Positions 20,125-30,757 are shown, counted from the stretch's first letter. The stretch: 64,000 bases of DNA from an uncultured Phycisphaerales bacterium (GCA_963755915.1 CAVWLP010000003.1:1152001-1216000), one strand, 5' to 3'. Notes: generated by a model from the sequence alone, not told the origin. Numbers and translations: made by a program.

Positions 20125-20613
20125 ATGGATATCAGTCAAACAAGAGAAGCAGTCGTGAAGTTGCTTAGTGACGTACGGCTCCATGCCGAACGTTCGAAAG
20201 TGATTTTCCAGGAACTGGGCAAGATCGCTCAGGACCCGGATGTCAAAGAAGTGCTCACCGCCCGGGCGTTTGTGGCGGATAAGAATCTCAGCGAAATCGA
20301 TCAGTGCTTTAAGCTCATCGATGAACGGCCGGTGACCCCGACCGGCAGATTGTACGAGACATTCGTGGAGGATTTCCGCAAGGAAATCGCTCAGATCGAA
20401 TCGCCGGTGGCGAAGAGGCTGTTTGCCCTGGCACGCACGCTCCATCTGGTGCATCTGCGTGTCGCGGAATACGTGGTGCTGATCGCCGCCGCGGATCTCA
20501 GCGGCCATTACGGAGTTGGCGTGCTGCTGGAAAGCTGCCTCGCAGACAAGTTGGCGTTTATCGAGAGAACCCGTCGCATCATCCGCAATGTGCGGGAAAT
20601 GGCGATGGCATAA
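20125..20613 (+). CDS. Ferritin-like (YciF/DUF892-like) four-helix protein
   Basis: All-helical; AQDPDVKE.L, IDQCFKLI, H..VAEY..L..AA...G......LE..L pattern; AAGGAAG RBS. Confidence 0.6.
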   Translation: MDISQTREAVVKLLSDVRLHAERSKVIFQELGKIAQDPDVKEVLTARAFVADKNLSEIDQCFKLIDERPVTPTGRLYETFVEDFRKEIAQIESPVAKRLFALARTLHLVHLRVAEYVVLIAAADLSGHYGVGVLLESCLADKLAFIERTRRIIRNVREMAMA

Positions 20614-20818
20614 GGAAAATCGCAGGCGACCACGTGAAATTTGCGCGGCGGGCGACGAGCCGGCGGACAGCCCCGGAGCGCAGTAAGGTTAGTGCCGGCT
20701 CAGCGCTGCGTTAACCCAGCCCAAAGCCTAACTTCCTGTTGGCGGTCTTCCATAACCGATTCTGTTTGAGTTTCGTGCTCAAATACGAGGGAGTTGTCAG
20801 CTTAACAGGTGCCTAGTC

Positions 20819-20920
20819 ATGAGACCATCAATCATGCAAAAGAATCGGTCTTGGAGGCGAAGAGCGTTGGAATACATCCTCTTCCTCGTCTCCATCATCG
20901 GCTTAATGTGGACGCTCTGA
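20819..20920 (+). CDS. Possible 33-aa membrane peptide
   Basis: MRPSIMQKNRSWRRRALEYILFLVSIIGLMWTL*: basic N-terminus plus one hydrophobic helix. Confidence 0.3.
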   Translation: MRPSIMQKNRSWRRRALEYILFLVSIIGLMWTL

Positions 20921-21037
20921 TCGCTGAACGCGTCGCCAGCAGGCACCGCGCCGCAACGTAATGCCGGGGTGGGTAAAAGAACCCGCCCTTTTTCGTGCGC
21001 AGAGGGTAGAATGTATCTTTACACCCGAAAGGGACAC

Positions 21038-21262
21038 ATGGATATCGAAGATGCCGTCACTCGGCAGTCGTATCGCGGTTTTGAGTTGACTCAACTTCGC
21101 CAGGGGACTGCCGCAGAAACGCGCTGGTATATCACGCAAAACAATTCTGGCATGAGCCACAGCTATGGATTTGCCGCCTCCGTAAAAGCAGCAATGGGCA
21201 GGATCGACGATTTGTTGAACAACTACTCGCCGGAATCAACCAATCCTCAATTATCGTTATAG
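21038..21262 (+). CDS. Small hypothetical protein
   Basis: AAGGGA RBS, MDIEDAVTRQSYRGFEL..., followed by a short hairpin and T-run near 21269-21288. Confidence 0.5.
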   Translation: MDIEDAVTRQSYRGFELTQLRQGTAAETRWYITQNNSGMSHSYGFAASVKAAMGRIDDLLNNYSPESTNPQLSL

Positions 21263-21360
21263 CAAGTTGCCTCCGGACGGCTTTTTTCGTGCGCGGATGA
21301 GTTGCGGCGCAAATTTGTGAAATTTGGGTTGGTTGCGGATAATCTAAATTGGCCGAGGGC

Positions 21361-21445
21361 AATATCCCAAAGAGAATACTTCTGGTCGAAGACAACGCCG
21401 ATACGCGATATGTTATCATTGATATCAACGATATCATTGATATCA
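21361..21445 (+). pseudogene. Receiver-domain N-terminal fragment
   Basis: KRILLVEDNADTR, then degenerates. Confidence 0.4.
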
Positions 21446-21500
21446 TGAAAACCCGTACCCTATCCCGCCCATTTTGTTGCGGACTGTCAAGTTTTGTATT

Positions 21501-21592
21501 GAAGGGGTCAAAACCAAAACGCGAGGGGCGACCGGCGAAATTCAGCAAGTTCGTGACCGCATGGTTTCGGGCTCCTGACACTTTTAATTGCC
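21501..21592 (+). repeat. ~50-bp dispersed repeat followed by a TGACAC(C/T)TTT terminal motif
   Basis: Matches 7867-7916 inverted; GGCTCCTGACACTTTTAATTGCC (21570-92) resembles 19814-19836. Confidence 0.7.
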
Positions 21593-21677
21593 GCGAAGAT
21601 CGGGGCGGGGCATTGGGGGTTTTCGTAAAAGGGATCACAGAAGGTAGGAAGCGCGCATTGCAAGCGGCGCCTCGGGA

Positions 21678-21704
21678 AAGCGCTTCCCTGCGGGGCGCGG
21701 CTAA
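21678..21704. repeat. Short REP-like element, identical to 24292-24318
   Basis: AAGCGCTTCCCTGCGGGGCGCGGCTAA, 27/27 identical. Confidence 0.85.
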
Positions 21705-21920
21705 GAAGCTGTTTCATAACCTCGCGCGGCCGCTGCTTGCGTCTGGCGAAGGCTGGCGGCGTTGCTCCTCCTCCCCATATTTCCGGTCAATATTGTTCGT
21801 CGTCGCGCCTTGCCAGCATTCGCCAGCCGCGGCGCATCGGCTCGCGGGAGGTTATGAAACAGCTTCTAAACTGGATTGGACGGGTTTTGCGTGGAACCTG
21901 TGGGCTGGATATGAGGTGGT

Positions 21921-22897
21921 TTAGCTTGGCGGTGAGGCCCGGCGGCGCATCGCCAGCAGGGGGCAAGCTGCCAGAGCGAGGAATGCGCAGGCTGGTTCGG
22001 GGATTGGATCGACGACGTCGAATCCGGCGTTGCCGCCGCCGACGAGTTGGGTGATTGAGTCGAAGTAGAGGGTGCGGGTTTCGCCGGTGGTGTAATTGGC
22101 GGTGTCCCAATCGTACTGGCCGAGGTGAAGGTTGATTCCGGCGTCAGCGTCGAGGCTGTCGGTGGCAGTGTCCCAACCGTCGGTACCGTTGCCGCCGTAG
22201 CCGAGGTCGATTCCTGTCACTGAAAACGTGGGATCGTTTTGGGGGGCGCCGCCGATCCAGACTTGCAATTCGCCCTGGTCTTCGCGGGATACGACGAAGT
22301 GCATAACGATCGGCACCCAGGCGTCGCGGGTGACGGTGGCGTCGACCAGGCTTCCCCACAGTCCATTCGCGCCAACGGTGGGGGCGACTTCGTTGCCGCG
22401 GTAGAGGATGCGGAAGGAATTGTTCTGAATCATGAGCATGGCGCCCCAGGAGGAGTCGCCGTCGAGGGCATTGTCGAAAATCTGGGCGATGGTGGCGACT
22501 TTGTCGGTGGGAAAGCCGGTCGAGGGGACGTAAATGTCGAAACCTTCCCAGCCTTCCTTGGTGAAGTCGAGAGGACTTAAGATCTCCGCGCCCTTGTGAT
22601 CGCGAACTTCGCTTTCTTCCCAGCCTTCCTCGGACCAAAAGGAGGTGAGGTAATCCGTGCCGCCGGCGGCGGCGGGGAGCGCTCCGGGCGTGCCGGCCCT
22701 GGTGACGGTGACCGTGTCCGGCGACTCGGTCGCCGAGAGCGTCATCGGGCTCAGCGAGCCGGTGTCAAAGCCGGTCTGAACCTCAGTGCTGGTGTCGATG
22801 ACCTGGGCAGCAGCGCCAGAGGGAAAAAAGCGAGAACAAGAATGGTTGCAAAAAATGTTCGAACGAGAAATGTTCGGACGGGGCCGAATGAACCCAC
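21921..22897 (-). CDS. PEP-CTERM surface protein with a polysaccharide-lyase-like jelly-roll domain (frameshift in the signal peptide near 22822)
   Basis: GAGGAG RBS + GTG at 22897; signal ...ILVLAFF; TIAQ, W..IVMHF..S...G.LQVW, LGQY, RTLYFD pattern; C-terminal IPEPACAFLALAACPLLAMRRR. Confidence 0.75.
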
Positions 22898-23271
22898 GGT
22901 GATCTCCTCATCGCCCCCCATAGTGCCGCCATGCAAACTTCTATCACACGATGCGCGGTCGTCCACAAAAATCCTCGTGGGCGAGGGAAGAATTTGAGCA
23001 ATGCGGAGGCGTTGGGGTTGAATTGGCGCGCGCTTTGGTCGCAGTGCGCACCGGGGGAACGACTTTCATGCGCTTTTCGGGATTCAGCCGCCGCCCCTTG
23101 CCGCGACAATAGACAGGGAAGAAAGAGAGACGGTGGGGACTTAAAGGGGGGACATAAAGGGGAGGGACAGGATCGGTTTTTCGTTGACAGGGGTGCGGGC
23201 AGTGGGGTAGCATTTATTTTCACGTTGCAAGTAAGTGCAGGGTTACGCGGATCAAGTCTGTCTGGAGAGCA

Positions 23272-24270
23272 ATGCGACGCCGATTGGGATTTACGCTGGT
23301 CGAACTTCTGGTGGTGATCGGGATTATCGCGATCCTGGTGGGGATTCTGTTGCCCGCGCTTCAGAAGGCGCGGAAAATGGCGAACACCTTGGAATGCCTT
23401 TCCAATCTTCGCCAACTGAACATGGCCCAGATGATGTATCTTCAGGAAAACGGGTACATCGAAACGTCAATCGGCAACGGAACAACGCCGGGTTATTCGT
23501 GGATGGTGCCGATCGCGAAATACATGCAGGGGTTCAAGGATCCGTATGACCCGGCCAACGGAATGACGCAAACGCCGTCATACGCGCAGCAGATTGCGTT
23601 CCTGCCGAGCCTGCCAAAAGTATGGTTTTGTCCTGAAGCGCCAATCTCATCGGTGACTCAACCGAATCCTCTGCTGGCCAACGCCTCCCCCACCGGCGGG
23701 TTCTGGGGCAACGCCAGCGCGCCCTGGGGGCCGGGGACCTACAGCGACATCGAATACATGTGCAGCAGCTATGGGATCAACGGCTGGCTCTATTCGCTAC
23801 CGCAGTCTGTACTCATTGGAGGGATGCCCGCGCCGATTTACTGGGCGGGGCTGCAAACGACGGTGTCGACGACATCTGAAACCAACGACGCCCGATTCTT
23901 TCACAACATCAAGCGCGTCAAAAACGCCTCGAAAGTGCCGTTGTTTGCCGACTGTGTCTGGCTCGAGGGTTGGCCGTATAACTTCGGGCAGATTCCGTTC
24001 TCGTCTCATCCGTTTACTTACTACACCGATTTTCCTCCGACGGATTTGACCGGGCAGTATGCGTATGAATCGACGGCAATCGGCGTGATACTTCCCGCGA
24101 ATGAGGCTCAGATGGACCGCTTCTGCATCGCACGGCACGGGCAGGCGATCAATATCGTCTTCTTCGACGGTCACGCGGAAACCGTGCCTCTGGCGAACTT
24201 GTGGGGATTGCAATGGAGCCCGATGTCGGCGGTTGGGACGGTTTCTTCCCGGCCGCTCCCCAAACAGTGA
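23272..24270 (+). CDS. Prepilin-type N-terminal / H-X9-DG C-terminal protein (DUF1559-like)
   Basis: [27 protein letters not shown]...[23 protein letters not shown]. Confidence 0.92.
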   Translation: MRRRLGFTLVELLVVIGIIAILVGILLPALQKARKMANTLECLSNLRQLNMAQMMYLQENGYIETSIGNGTTPGYSWMVPIAKYMQGFKDPYDPANGMTQTPSYAQQIAFLPSLPKVWFCPEAPISSVTQPNPLLANASPTGGFWGNASAPWGPGTYSDIEYMCSSYGINGWLYSLPQSVLIGGMPAPIYWAGLQTTVSTTSETNDARFFHNIKRVKNASKVPLFADCVWLEGWPYNFGQIPFSSHPFTYYTDFPPTDLTGQYAYESTAIGVILPANEAQMDRFCIARHGQAINIVFFDGHAETVPLANLWGLQWSPMSAVGTVSSRPLPKQ

Positions 24271-24332
24271 TCGCGGGTTTTGTGGCGGGGGAAGCGCTTC
24301 CCTGCGGGGCGCGGCTAAACGGGGGCGAACGG

Positions 24333-25796
24333 TTATTTGGTCCCTCGCTGTATCCGACTGACTGAGGCGCCATCGTCAGGGTGCAGGTGGATGAAGATCC
24401 AGGCGGTGGCCATGGTGAAGAGGCCCATGGCGAGGAATGTGCGATGGATGCCCCAGACCATCCTGGCGGGGCTGGGGTGGCGATTGCCGTTGAGGAGAAG
24501 GATCGTGGCGAGGGAGGCGATGGCTACGCCGAAGCTGAGGGACATTTGCTGGACGGTGCTGGCGATGGTGCTGCCGCTGCTTTCGTCGGCGTCTTCGAGG
24601 TCGGCGAAAGCCAGGGTGTTCATGCTAAGGAATTGGACCGATGAAAAGAGTCCGAAGAAAAACGCTTCGGTGGCGATGACCCAGGCGGGGGTGCCGGGTC
24701 CGATGGTGATGAAGAGCAGGGTCAGGGCGCCGATGGCCATGGTGTTGAAGAGGAGGACTTTGCGGTATCCGAGGGCATTGAGGAGGCGGGGAATGAACGG
24801 CTTGGAGACGATCGCGGCGAGCGTTTGGGGCATGATCAGGAGCCCGGACTGGACGGCGGTGTAGCCCAATCCGATCTGGTAGAGGAGGGGGAAAAGAAAC
24901 GGCAATCCGCCGACGCCCAGGCGAGTGATGAAGCTTCCGGTGACGGCGGCGCGGAAGGTGCGTATGTCGAAAAGGCGGAGGCGGAGCAGGGGAAATTTCT
25001 CCTTGCGGCCGTGTAGGACGTAGGCCCACAAGAGGAGTGCGGAGAGGGCGAGGAGGCAAATCTGGGAAGCGAGACTGAGGCCGGGCTCGCCGAAGATTTC
25101 AAGGACATAGGAGAGGATCGCGATGCCGGAGCTGAAGAGGATGAGGCCGACGATGTCGAGCGGATCGCTTTTGGGGGTGCGGAAATCGGGCATGTGGCGG
25201 AAGGTCATGTAGAGACCGAAGAGACCCATGGGCAGATTGACGAAGAAGATCATGCGCCAATTCAGATAGTCGACGATAAATCCACCGGCGAGGGGACCGA
25301 GGAAGGGGCCGATGAGGGCGGGGATGGTCATGAAGCTGTAGGCGCGGAGCAGTTGGGATTTGGGGAAGGTGCGGACGAGGGCGATCCTTCCGACGGGAAC
25401 CATGAGTGCTCCGCCGCAGCCTTGAAGGACGCGGCTGGCGACGAGCATGTGCATGTTGACGGAGATGCCGCAGAGGAGGGAACCGAGGGTGAAGAGGATG
25501 ATGGCGGTGAAGAAGACGCGGCGGGTGCCGAAGCGGTCGGCGATCCATCCGCTGACGGGAATGAAGACGGCGAGACTGAGCATATAGCTGGTGAGCGCGG
25601 ACTTCATGTTGAGGGCGGGGACGTGGAGCGCAGCGGCGATGGCCGGGACGGCGGTGTTGAGGATGGTGGTGTCGAGTTGCTCCATGAACATGGCCATGGC
25701 GACGAGCCAGGGGAGCAGGCGGCGGGTGAGGGCGGGATCGGGAAAGTCGGCCAGGGCCGTCGAGTTTGTGGTCACGGGTGGAGAGGCTATTTGCAA
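24333..25796 (-). CDS. DHA2 (EmrB/QacA) MFS transporter
   Basis: FMEQLDTTILNTAVP, GWIADRFGTRR, GPFLGPLAGG, WRMIFFVNLP; many TM segments. Confidence 0.93.
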   Translation of the reverse strand: MQIASPPVTTNSTALADFPDPALTRRLLPWLVAMAMFMEQLDTTILNTAVPAIAAALHVPALNMKSALTSYMLSLAVFIPVSGWIADRFGTRRVFFTAIILFTLGSLLCGISVNMHMLVASRVLQGCGGALMVPVGRIALVRTFPKSQLLRAYSFMTIPALIGPFLGPLAGGFIVDYLNWRMIFFVNLPMGLFGLYMTFRHMPDFRTPKSDPLDIVGLILFSSGIAILSYVLEIFGEPGLSLASQICLLALSALLLWAYVLHGRKEKFPLLRLRLFDIRTFRAAVTGSFITRLGVGGLPFLFPLLYQIGLGYTAVQSGLLIMPQTLAAIVSKPFIPRLLNALGYRKVLLFNTMAIGALTLLFITIGPGTPAWVIATEAFFFGLFSSVQFLSMNTLAFADLEDADESSGSTIASTVQQMSLSFGVAIASLATILLLNGNRHPSPARMVWGIHRTFLAMGLFTMATAWIFIHLHPDDGASVSRIQRGTK

Positions 25797-25860
25797 AACG
25801 CACTTGGGGCCAGCTTTGAGGATGGGGATTCATGGGGATCGAAAGGTGCGCCACGCAAGA

Positions 25861-25888
25861 AGCGCCCCGCAAGCGGGGCGGCTACACG
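25861..25888. repeat. GTAG-type REP hairpin; relatives at 26535-26562, 59994-60020 and 63897-63923
   Basis: GCGCCCCGCAAGCGGGGCGGCTAC: GC stem, ends in CTAC (GTAG on the minus strand). Confidence 0.8.
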
Positions 25889-26092
25889 AAGAGTGGGATG
25901 ATCGATTGCGCGGAATATGTTTTCCCGCGCAGGGGGAGAATTTATCAATTCGGAAGATTTTCCAAGCTGGATGGGGGAAAGCGGTGCTACTGTAAGGGGT
26001 GGTTGGATGGTCGGACGTAACTTGCGGCGGGGGAAATGGAGGGCTGGGGCGGATTTGAAGGAGATAACACACCCGAATAAATCGTAGATAAG

Positions 26093-26118
26093 CAACGAAT
26101 AGTCACAACGAATAGTCA
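26093..26118. repeat. 13-bp tandem duplication upstream of an RBS
   Basis: CAACGAATAGTCA x2. Confidence 0.85.
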
Positions 26119-26136
26119 CTTGGAAAGGAGCTCATT

Positions 26137-26505
26137 ATGAGCGTTCAAACAGTCGCTCACAAATTTGTGGAATTGTGCCGGGCGGGGAAGAACTTTGATG
26201 TGATGCGCACGATGTACGCGGCGAACATCGTCTCGGTCGAGGGGGATGGGAAACAGACGGCGGGGCAGCAGCCGGTGATCAAGAAATCGGAGGACTGGGT
26301 CTCGGATAAAACCTTCAACGGCGAGACGGTGGCGGGGCCTTTTTTTAATGGGGCGAATCCGGATCAGTTCGTGGTTTATTTTACGCTTGATGTGACACCG
26401 AAGGCGACTGGGAAGCGCATCACGTTGGAGGAAGTGGGCGTTTATACGGTGAACAAGGAAGATAAGATCACACGCGAACAATTCTTTTACGAAGGCGCGC
26501 ATTAG
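26137..26505 (+). CDS. SnoaL-like protein
   Basis: FVELCRAGK.....YA.NIVSVE, EEVGVYTV..DKITREQFFY; AAGGAG RBS. Confidence 0.82.
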   Translation: MSVQTVAHKFVELCRAGKNFDVMRTMYAANIVSVEGDGKQTAGQQPVIKKSEDWVSDKTFNGETVAGPFFNGANPDQFVVYFTLDVTPKATGKRITLEEVGVYTVNKEDKITREQFFYEGAH

Positions 26506-26618
26506 ACAGTGTTTCGTGTTTTTGGGTCACGGGAACGCGCCCCGCAAGCGGGGCCGCTAAACTTTGTGATCGACGCCTCCGGGCTGCCGACAAATGATCC
26601 AATTCCGAGAAGGATCCA

Positions 26619-27464
26619 ATGATGACAGCGAACACGTCTGTTAAAACCTCGCAGCTTCGGGTGACGCGGCGGTCGGCGGCGTATTGGCGGGTGACGATCG
26701 ACAACCCGCCGATTAACGTCATGGGGCCGCAAATGGTGCGGGACTTTCAGGAAGTCATCAACGCGCTGGAGGCGGATAAGGATGTCAGGGTGGTGGTCTT
26801 CGAGAGCGCGGTCGAGGGTTACTTCCTGAATCATTCGGACTTCCTGGGGAAGCTGGAGGATCTGACGTCGATGCCGGCTGGCCCGACGGGGTTGCCGCCC
26901 TGGCCGGACTTTCTGGTGCGTCTGCCGCGGGCGGCGGTGGTTTCCATCGCGCTGATTCGCGGGCGTGCGACGGGCAACGGGAGTGAGATCACGCTGGCGT
27001 GCGACATGAGTTTCGCGAGCCGGGAGAAGGCGATTCTCTCGCAATGGGAGGTCGGGGTGGGGATGGTTGCGGGGGGTGGGCCGATGGCGCGGCTGCCGCA
27101 ACTGATCGGGCGAAACCGGGCGCTTGAGGTGCTTTTGGGCTCGGATGATATTCGGGGAGAACAGGCGGAGGCGTATGGGTACGTCAATCGCGCGCTGCCG
27201 GACGGCGAACTGGATGCATATGTAGAAGCGCTGGCGACCCGGATCGCCGGGTTTGATAAATGGGCGATTGCCAATACCAAGCGGCTTGTGAACACGAGCT
27301 TGCCGCCGGACGTCGAACTTGGCGCGGGGTGGGACGCATGCATGGCTTCGCTGGGGCGACCCGCGGCGCAGAATGGAATCAAAGCATTGATCGTGCGCGG
27401 ATTCCACAAGCCGGGGGATGTGGAAAATCGCCTGGGATATTACCTGGGCAAAATCCAGGGGTAG
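26619..27464 (+). CDS. Enoyl-CoA hydratase/isomerase family protein
   Basis: DNPPIN, IRGRATGNGSE..LACD, RLPQLIGRNRALE. Confidence 0.9.
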   Translation: MMTANTSVKTSQLRVTRRSAAYWRVTIDNPPINVMGPQMVRDFQEVINALEADKDVRVVVFESAVEGYFLNHSDFLGKLEDLTSMPAGPTGLPPWPDFLVRLPRAAVVSIALIRGRATGNGSEITLACDMSFASREKAILSQWEVGVGMVAGGGPMARLPQLIGRNRALEVLLGSDDIRGEQAEAYGYVNRALPDGELDAYVEALATRIAGFDKWAIANTKRLVNTSLPPDVELGAGWDACMASLGRPAAQNGIKALIVRGFHKPGDVENRLGYYLGKIQG

Positions 27465-27521
27465 GAAGCCGTTTCACCGATGTGAAGAATGTTTCAATTC
27501 GGAAGATCTTCGGTGTATGGC

Positions 27522-28607
27522 GTGAAGCGTTCCTTGTGGTCATTGGTTTGGATTCGCCGGGTTGTCGGGGTGGCTCTGTTGATTGGAGTCGTCATGCTCT
27601 TCCATTCGAAGAATCCGTTCGCGGCGACGGCAAATGCTGCCCTGGATGACGAGGGCCCGATGCCGGAACTGGGGGGTGCTGTCGCCTGGCTTAACTCCGC
27701 GCCCTTGAAGGCGGAATCGCTGCGGGGAAAGGTTGTGCTGGTGAATTTCTGGACCTACTCGTGCATCAACAGCCTGCGGGAGTTGCCGTACGTAAAAAGC
27801 TGGGCGGCGAAGTATAAGGATGCGGGGCTGGTCGTGATCGGCGTACACGCGCCTGAGTTCGGATTCGAGAGGGAGCGTGCGAACGTGGAAAATGCGGTGC
27901 GGGAACTGAATATTATTTTCCCCGTCCCGATCGACAGCGACCACGCGATTTGGCAGGCGTTCAACAACGAAGCGTGGCCGGCCGACTATTTCATCGACGC
28001 CAAGGGGCGCATCCGCTATCACCACTTCGGGGAGGGGGAATATGACAAATCGGAGCAGGTGATCCAGGAACTTCTTAAAGAGAATGGAGCGACTGGACTG
28101 GATGCGAGCTTGGTTCATCCGGTGGCCCAGGGAGCGGAGGCGCCGCCGGGCGATGACACGGAATCTGGGGAAACCTACGTCGGCTATGCCCGGGCGGAAA
28201 ATTTCGCGTCGCCCGAACAAGTGGCCCAGGACGCGGCGCAGAATTACAGCCTGCCGGTGAAACCCTCGTTGAATCAGTGGGGCCTCGGCGGAGCATGGAA
28301 CGTCGGCGCGGAGAGCGCCGTGCTTCAGCAGGCGCCGGGCCGGATCGCATTTCGATTCCACAGCCGGGATTTGCATATGGTTTTGGGTCCGCCAGGGGGC
28401 GGCAAGGTTGTGCATTTCAAGGTGCGTTTGGACGGCGTCGCGCCCGGGGACGATCATGGAGTCGACTCCAATGCGGAAGGGGCGGGCGAGATTCGCGAGC
28501 CGCGCATGTACCAGCTCATTCGGCAGAAGGGCCCGACACGAGACCGAACATTTGAAATCGAATTCGACGACCCCGGCGTCGAGGTTTATTCGTTTACGTT
28601 TGGATGA
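27522..28607 (+). CDS. DipZ-like redoxin (thioredoxin fold + C-terminal domain)
   Basis: VVLVNFWTYSCINS (CxxS), IGVHAPEF.FE, WPADYFID, GEGEY, YSFTFG; start chosen at GTG 27522. Confidence 0.88.
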   Translation: MKRSLWSLVWIRRVVGVALLIGVVMLFHSKNPFAATANAALDDEGPMPELGGAVAWLNSAPLKAESLRGKVVLVNFWTYSCINSLRELPYVKSWAAKYKDAGLVVIGVHAPEFGFERERANVENAVRELNIIFPVPIDSDHAIWQAFNNEAWPADYFIDAKGRIRYHHFGEGEYDKSEQVIQELLKENGATGLDASLVHPVAQGAEAPPGDDTESGETYVGYARAENFASPEQVAQDAAQNYSLPVKPSLNQWGLGGAWNVGAESAVLQQAPGRIAFRFHSRDLHMVLGPPGGGKVVHFKVRLDGVAPGDDHGVDSNAEGAGEIREPRMYQLIRQKGPTRDRTFEIEFDDPGVEVYSFTFG

Positions 28608-28616
28608 GGTGGTGCC

Positions 28617-29346
28617 ATGAGCAGTGCGGCCAAGACAGCCATTGTGACGGGAGCCTCTCAGGGGATCGGCGCGGGGCTGGTGAATGCGTTTGTGGAGCGC
28701 GGATTTAATGTCGTCGCCAATTCGCGGAAGGTGACGCAATCGACGCTTGTTTCGGCGTCGGAATATGTGGCGCTGGTGGATGGGGACATCGGCCAGGCGG
28801 CAACGGCGGCCAGGATCGTGGAGACGGCGCTGGCGCGGTTCAAGTCGATTGACGTGGTGGTCAATAATGCCGGGATCATCTCTACCAAGCCATTTATCGA
28901 ATATACGGCTGAAGATTTCAGGTCGCTGGTTTCGACGAACCTGGAGGGGTTTCTGTACGTGACCCAGCTTTCGATCAAGCAGATGCTGGCGCAAAAAAGA
29001 GGCGGGAGCATTGTCACGATCACGGCCGCGCTGGCCCGCAACCCGATCCGGGGCGTGAACGCGGCGGTGCCGATGATTACCAAGGGGGGGTCTGGAAACG
29101 GTCACGCAGCACCTTGCGATGGAATATGCCAAAGACGGGATCCGCGTGAACGCGGTGGCGCCGGGCGTGGTGGATACGTTCATTCAAGACAACGCGACTG
29201 AAGAAGAGATGAAGAGCCGATCGCCGATGGGGCGGGTTTCGACGGTTGGGGAGATCACGGACGCCGTGATGTATCTGACCGACGCGGAGAGCGTTACGGG
29301 GCAGACGCTTTATATTGATGGCGGCGCTCATTTCGGGCGGTGGTGA
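28617..29346 (+). CDS. Short-chain dehydrogenase/reductase (frameshift in the G-run near 29087)
   Basis: TGASQGIG, VNNAG, GIRVNAVAPG, VTGQTLYIDGG. Confidence 0.88.
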
Positions 29347-29404
29347 CCGAGCGGATTAAAGCAGCGAGATACCCATATGGCTATTTCGCGCGACACGGTC
29401 CGCT

Positions 29405-30757
29405 TCAGGAATTGATCGTGACAAACATCAGAACCGCGGCGACTGCCATTACCGCGGTCGCCAGCCACCCCATGAGGTGCAGCCAGGGAGAAGTGTCTTT
29501 GAATTCGCCCATGACTTTTTGATTCCGAATCATGAGCATCACAATGACCATGATGGGAACGGCTGCCACGCCATTCACAACCGCCGACCAGAAGAGGGCC
29601 TTGATCGGGGTCAGATGGGTGATGCGCTGGACCGCGGGGAAATTGATCGCCAGTCCGATCAAAGTGGAAAGCGTCAATACCGAATAAAACCCCTTGGCTT
29701 GCAGCGGCTTTTGATCCATGCCGGTTGGCAAACTGAGCGCCTCGCCGGCCGCATACGCGGCCGAACCGGCCAGTACGGGGACGGCAAGCAGTCCCGTGCC
29801 GATGATTCCGAAACTGAACAAGATGAAAGCCGCTTTCCCGGCGATGGGCCGCAGCGCTTCGGCGGCCTGGGCGGAAGTTTCCACGTCCTTTATTCCATGC
29901 GCGTTCAAGGTTGCCGCCGCCGCCACAATGATGAAGAACGCGACGATGTTGGAGAAAGTCATGCCGACGCAGGTGTCGAGCCGGATGCGGTCGAACTGCG
30001 CTTTCGCCTGCTCAGGCGCATGCTTGACGGGCTCCTCAGCGGCGTGGCTGTGAATCTCTTCTTTCTCAAGGGATGCCTGCCAGAAGAAAAGATAGGGACT
30101 GATCGTTGTCCCGAATACGGCGACAAAGGTCGCCCAGTAGTCGCTGCTCTTTTGGAACTTCGGCAGGACCGTCGATTTCAGGGCATGCCCCCAGGGCACG
30201 TGGGATACGAACGCGGCGAATATGTAGCTGAATAATACGAGAGCCAGCAATTTAAAAATCGAGGCGCATTTTTTGTACGAACCAAACACTTGCAGGACGA
30301 CTGTCAGCAGCGCGAACAATATCGCATAGAGCAAAGCGGGACCGCCGAACAAAAGTTTGGCGGCGTCACCCATCGCGCCGATGTCGGCCCCGATATTGAT
30401 GGTGTTGGCAATCAGCAGGAGTAAGACAACCGGATATAAAACTCCGCGCGGATAATGGCGGCGCAGATTGCCGGCGATGCCGTGACCGCTGACGCGACCG
30501 ATTCTTGCGCTAATCTCCTGAATCGCCGTCATCAGCGGGAGCGAGAGGACCATCGTCCAAAGCAGGCCATAGCCGAACGCGGCACCCGCCTGGGAATAGG
30601 TGGCGATTCCGCTGGGATCATCGTCCGAGGCGCCAGTGATCAGGCCGGGACCGAGGCGAGCGAAAAGGCCGGCCTTCGTCGGCGGGGAATTGGTCGAGGA
30701 AATGGGTGGACTTGATTCTGCCTCGACGGTCATAGGCTCTTTCTGGACAACAATCAT
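29405..30757 (-). CDS. NRAMP-family divalent metal transporter
   Basis: LGPGLITGASDDDPSGIATYSQAGA, GTTISPYLFFWQ. Confidence 0.9.
   Translation of the reverse strand: MIVVQKEPMTVEAESSPPISSTNSPPTKAGLFARLGPGLITGASDDDPSGIATYSQAGAAFGYGLLWTMVLSLPLMTAIQEISARIGRVSGHGIAGNLRRHYPRGVLYPVVLLLLIANTINIGADIGAMGDAAKLLFGGPALLYAILFALLTVVLQVFGSYKKCASIFKLLALVLFSYIFAAFVSHVPWGHALKSTVLPKFQKSSDYWATFVAVFGTTISPYLFFWQASLEKEEIHSHAAEEPVKHAPEQAKAQFDRIRLDTCVGMTFSNIVAFFIIVAAAATLNAHGIKDVETSAQAAEALRPIAGKAAFILFSFGIIGTGLLAVPVLAGSAAYAAGEALSLPTGMDQKPLQAKGFYSVLTLSTLIGLAINFPAVQRITHLTPIKALFWSAVVNGVAAVPIMVIVMLMIRNQKVMGEFKDTSPWLHLMGWLATAVMAVAAVLMFVTINS

Noticed and set aside
29080-29095. Programmed frameshift or phase variation at G-runs
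   Set aside because: Similar indels hit many unrelated genes; sequencing error is more parsimonious
27540-29183. 547-aa minus-strand ORF (likewise 37074-38183, 43111-44562, 48191-49450, 52881-54074)
   Set aside because: Antisense shadows of well-supported genes, expected in GC-rich DNA
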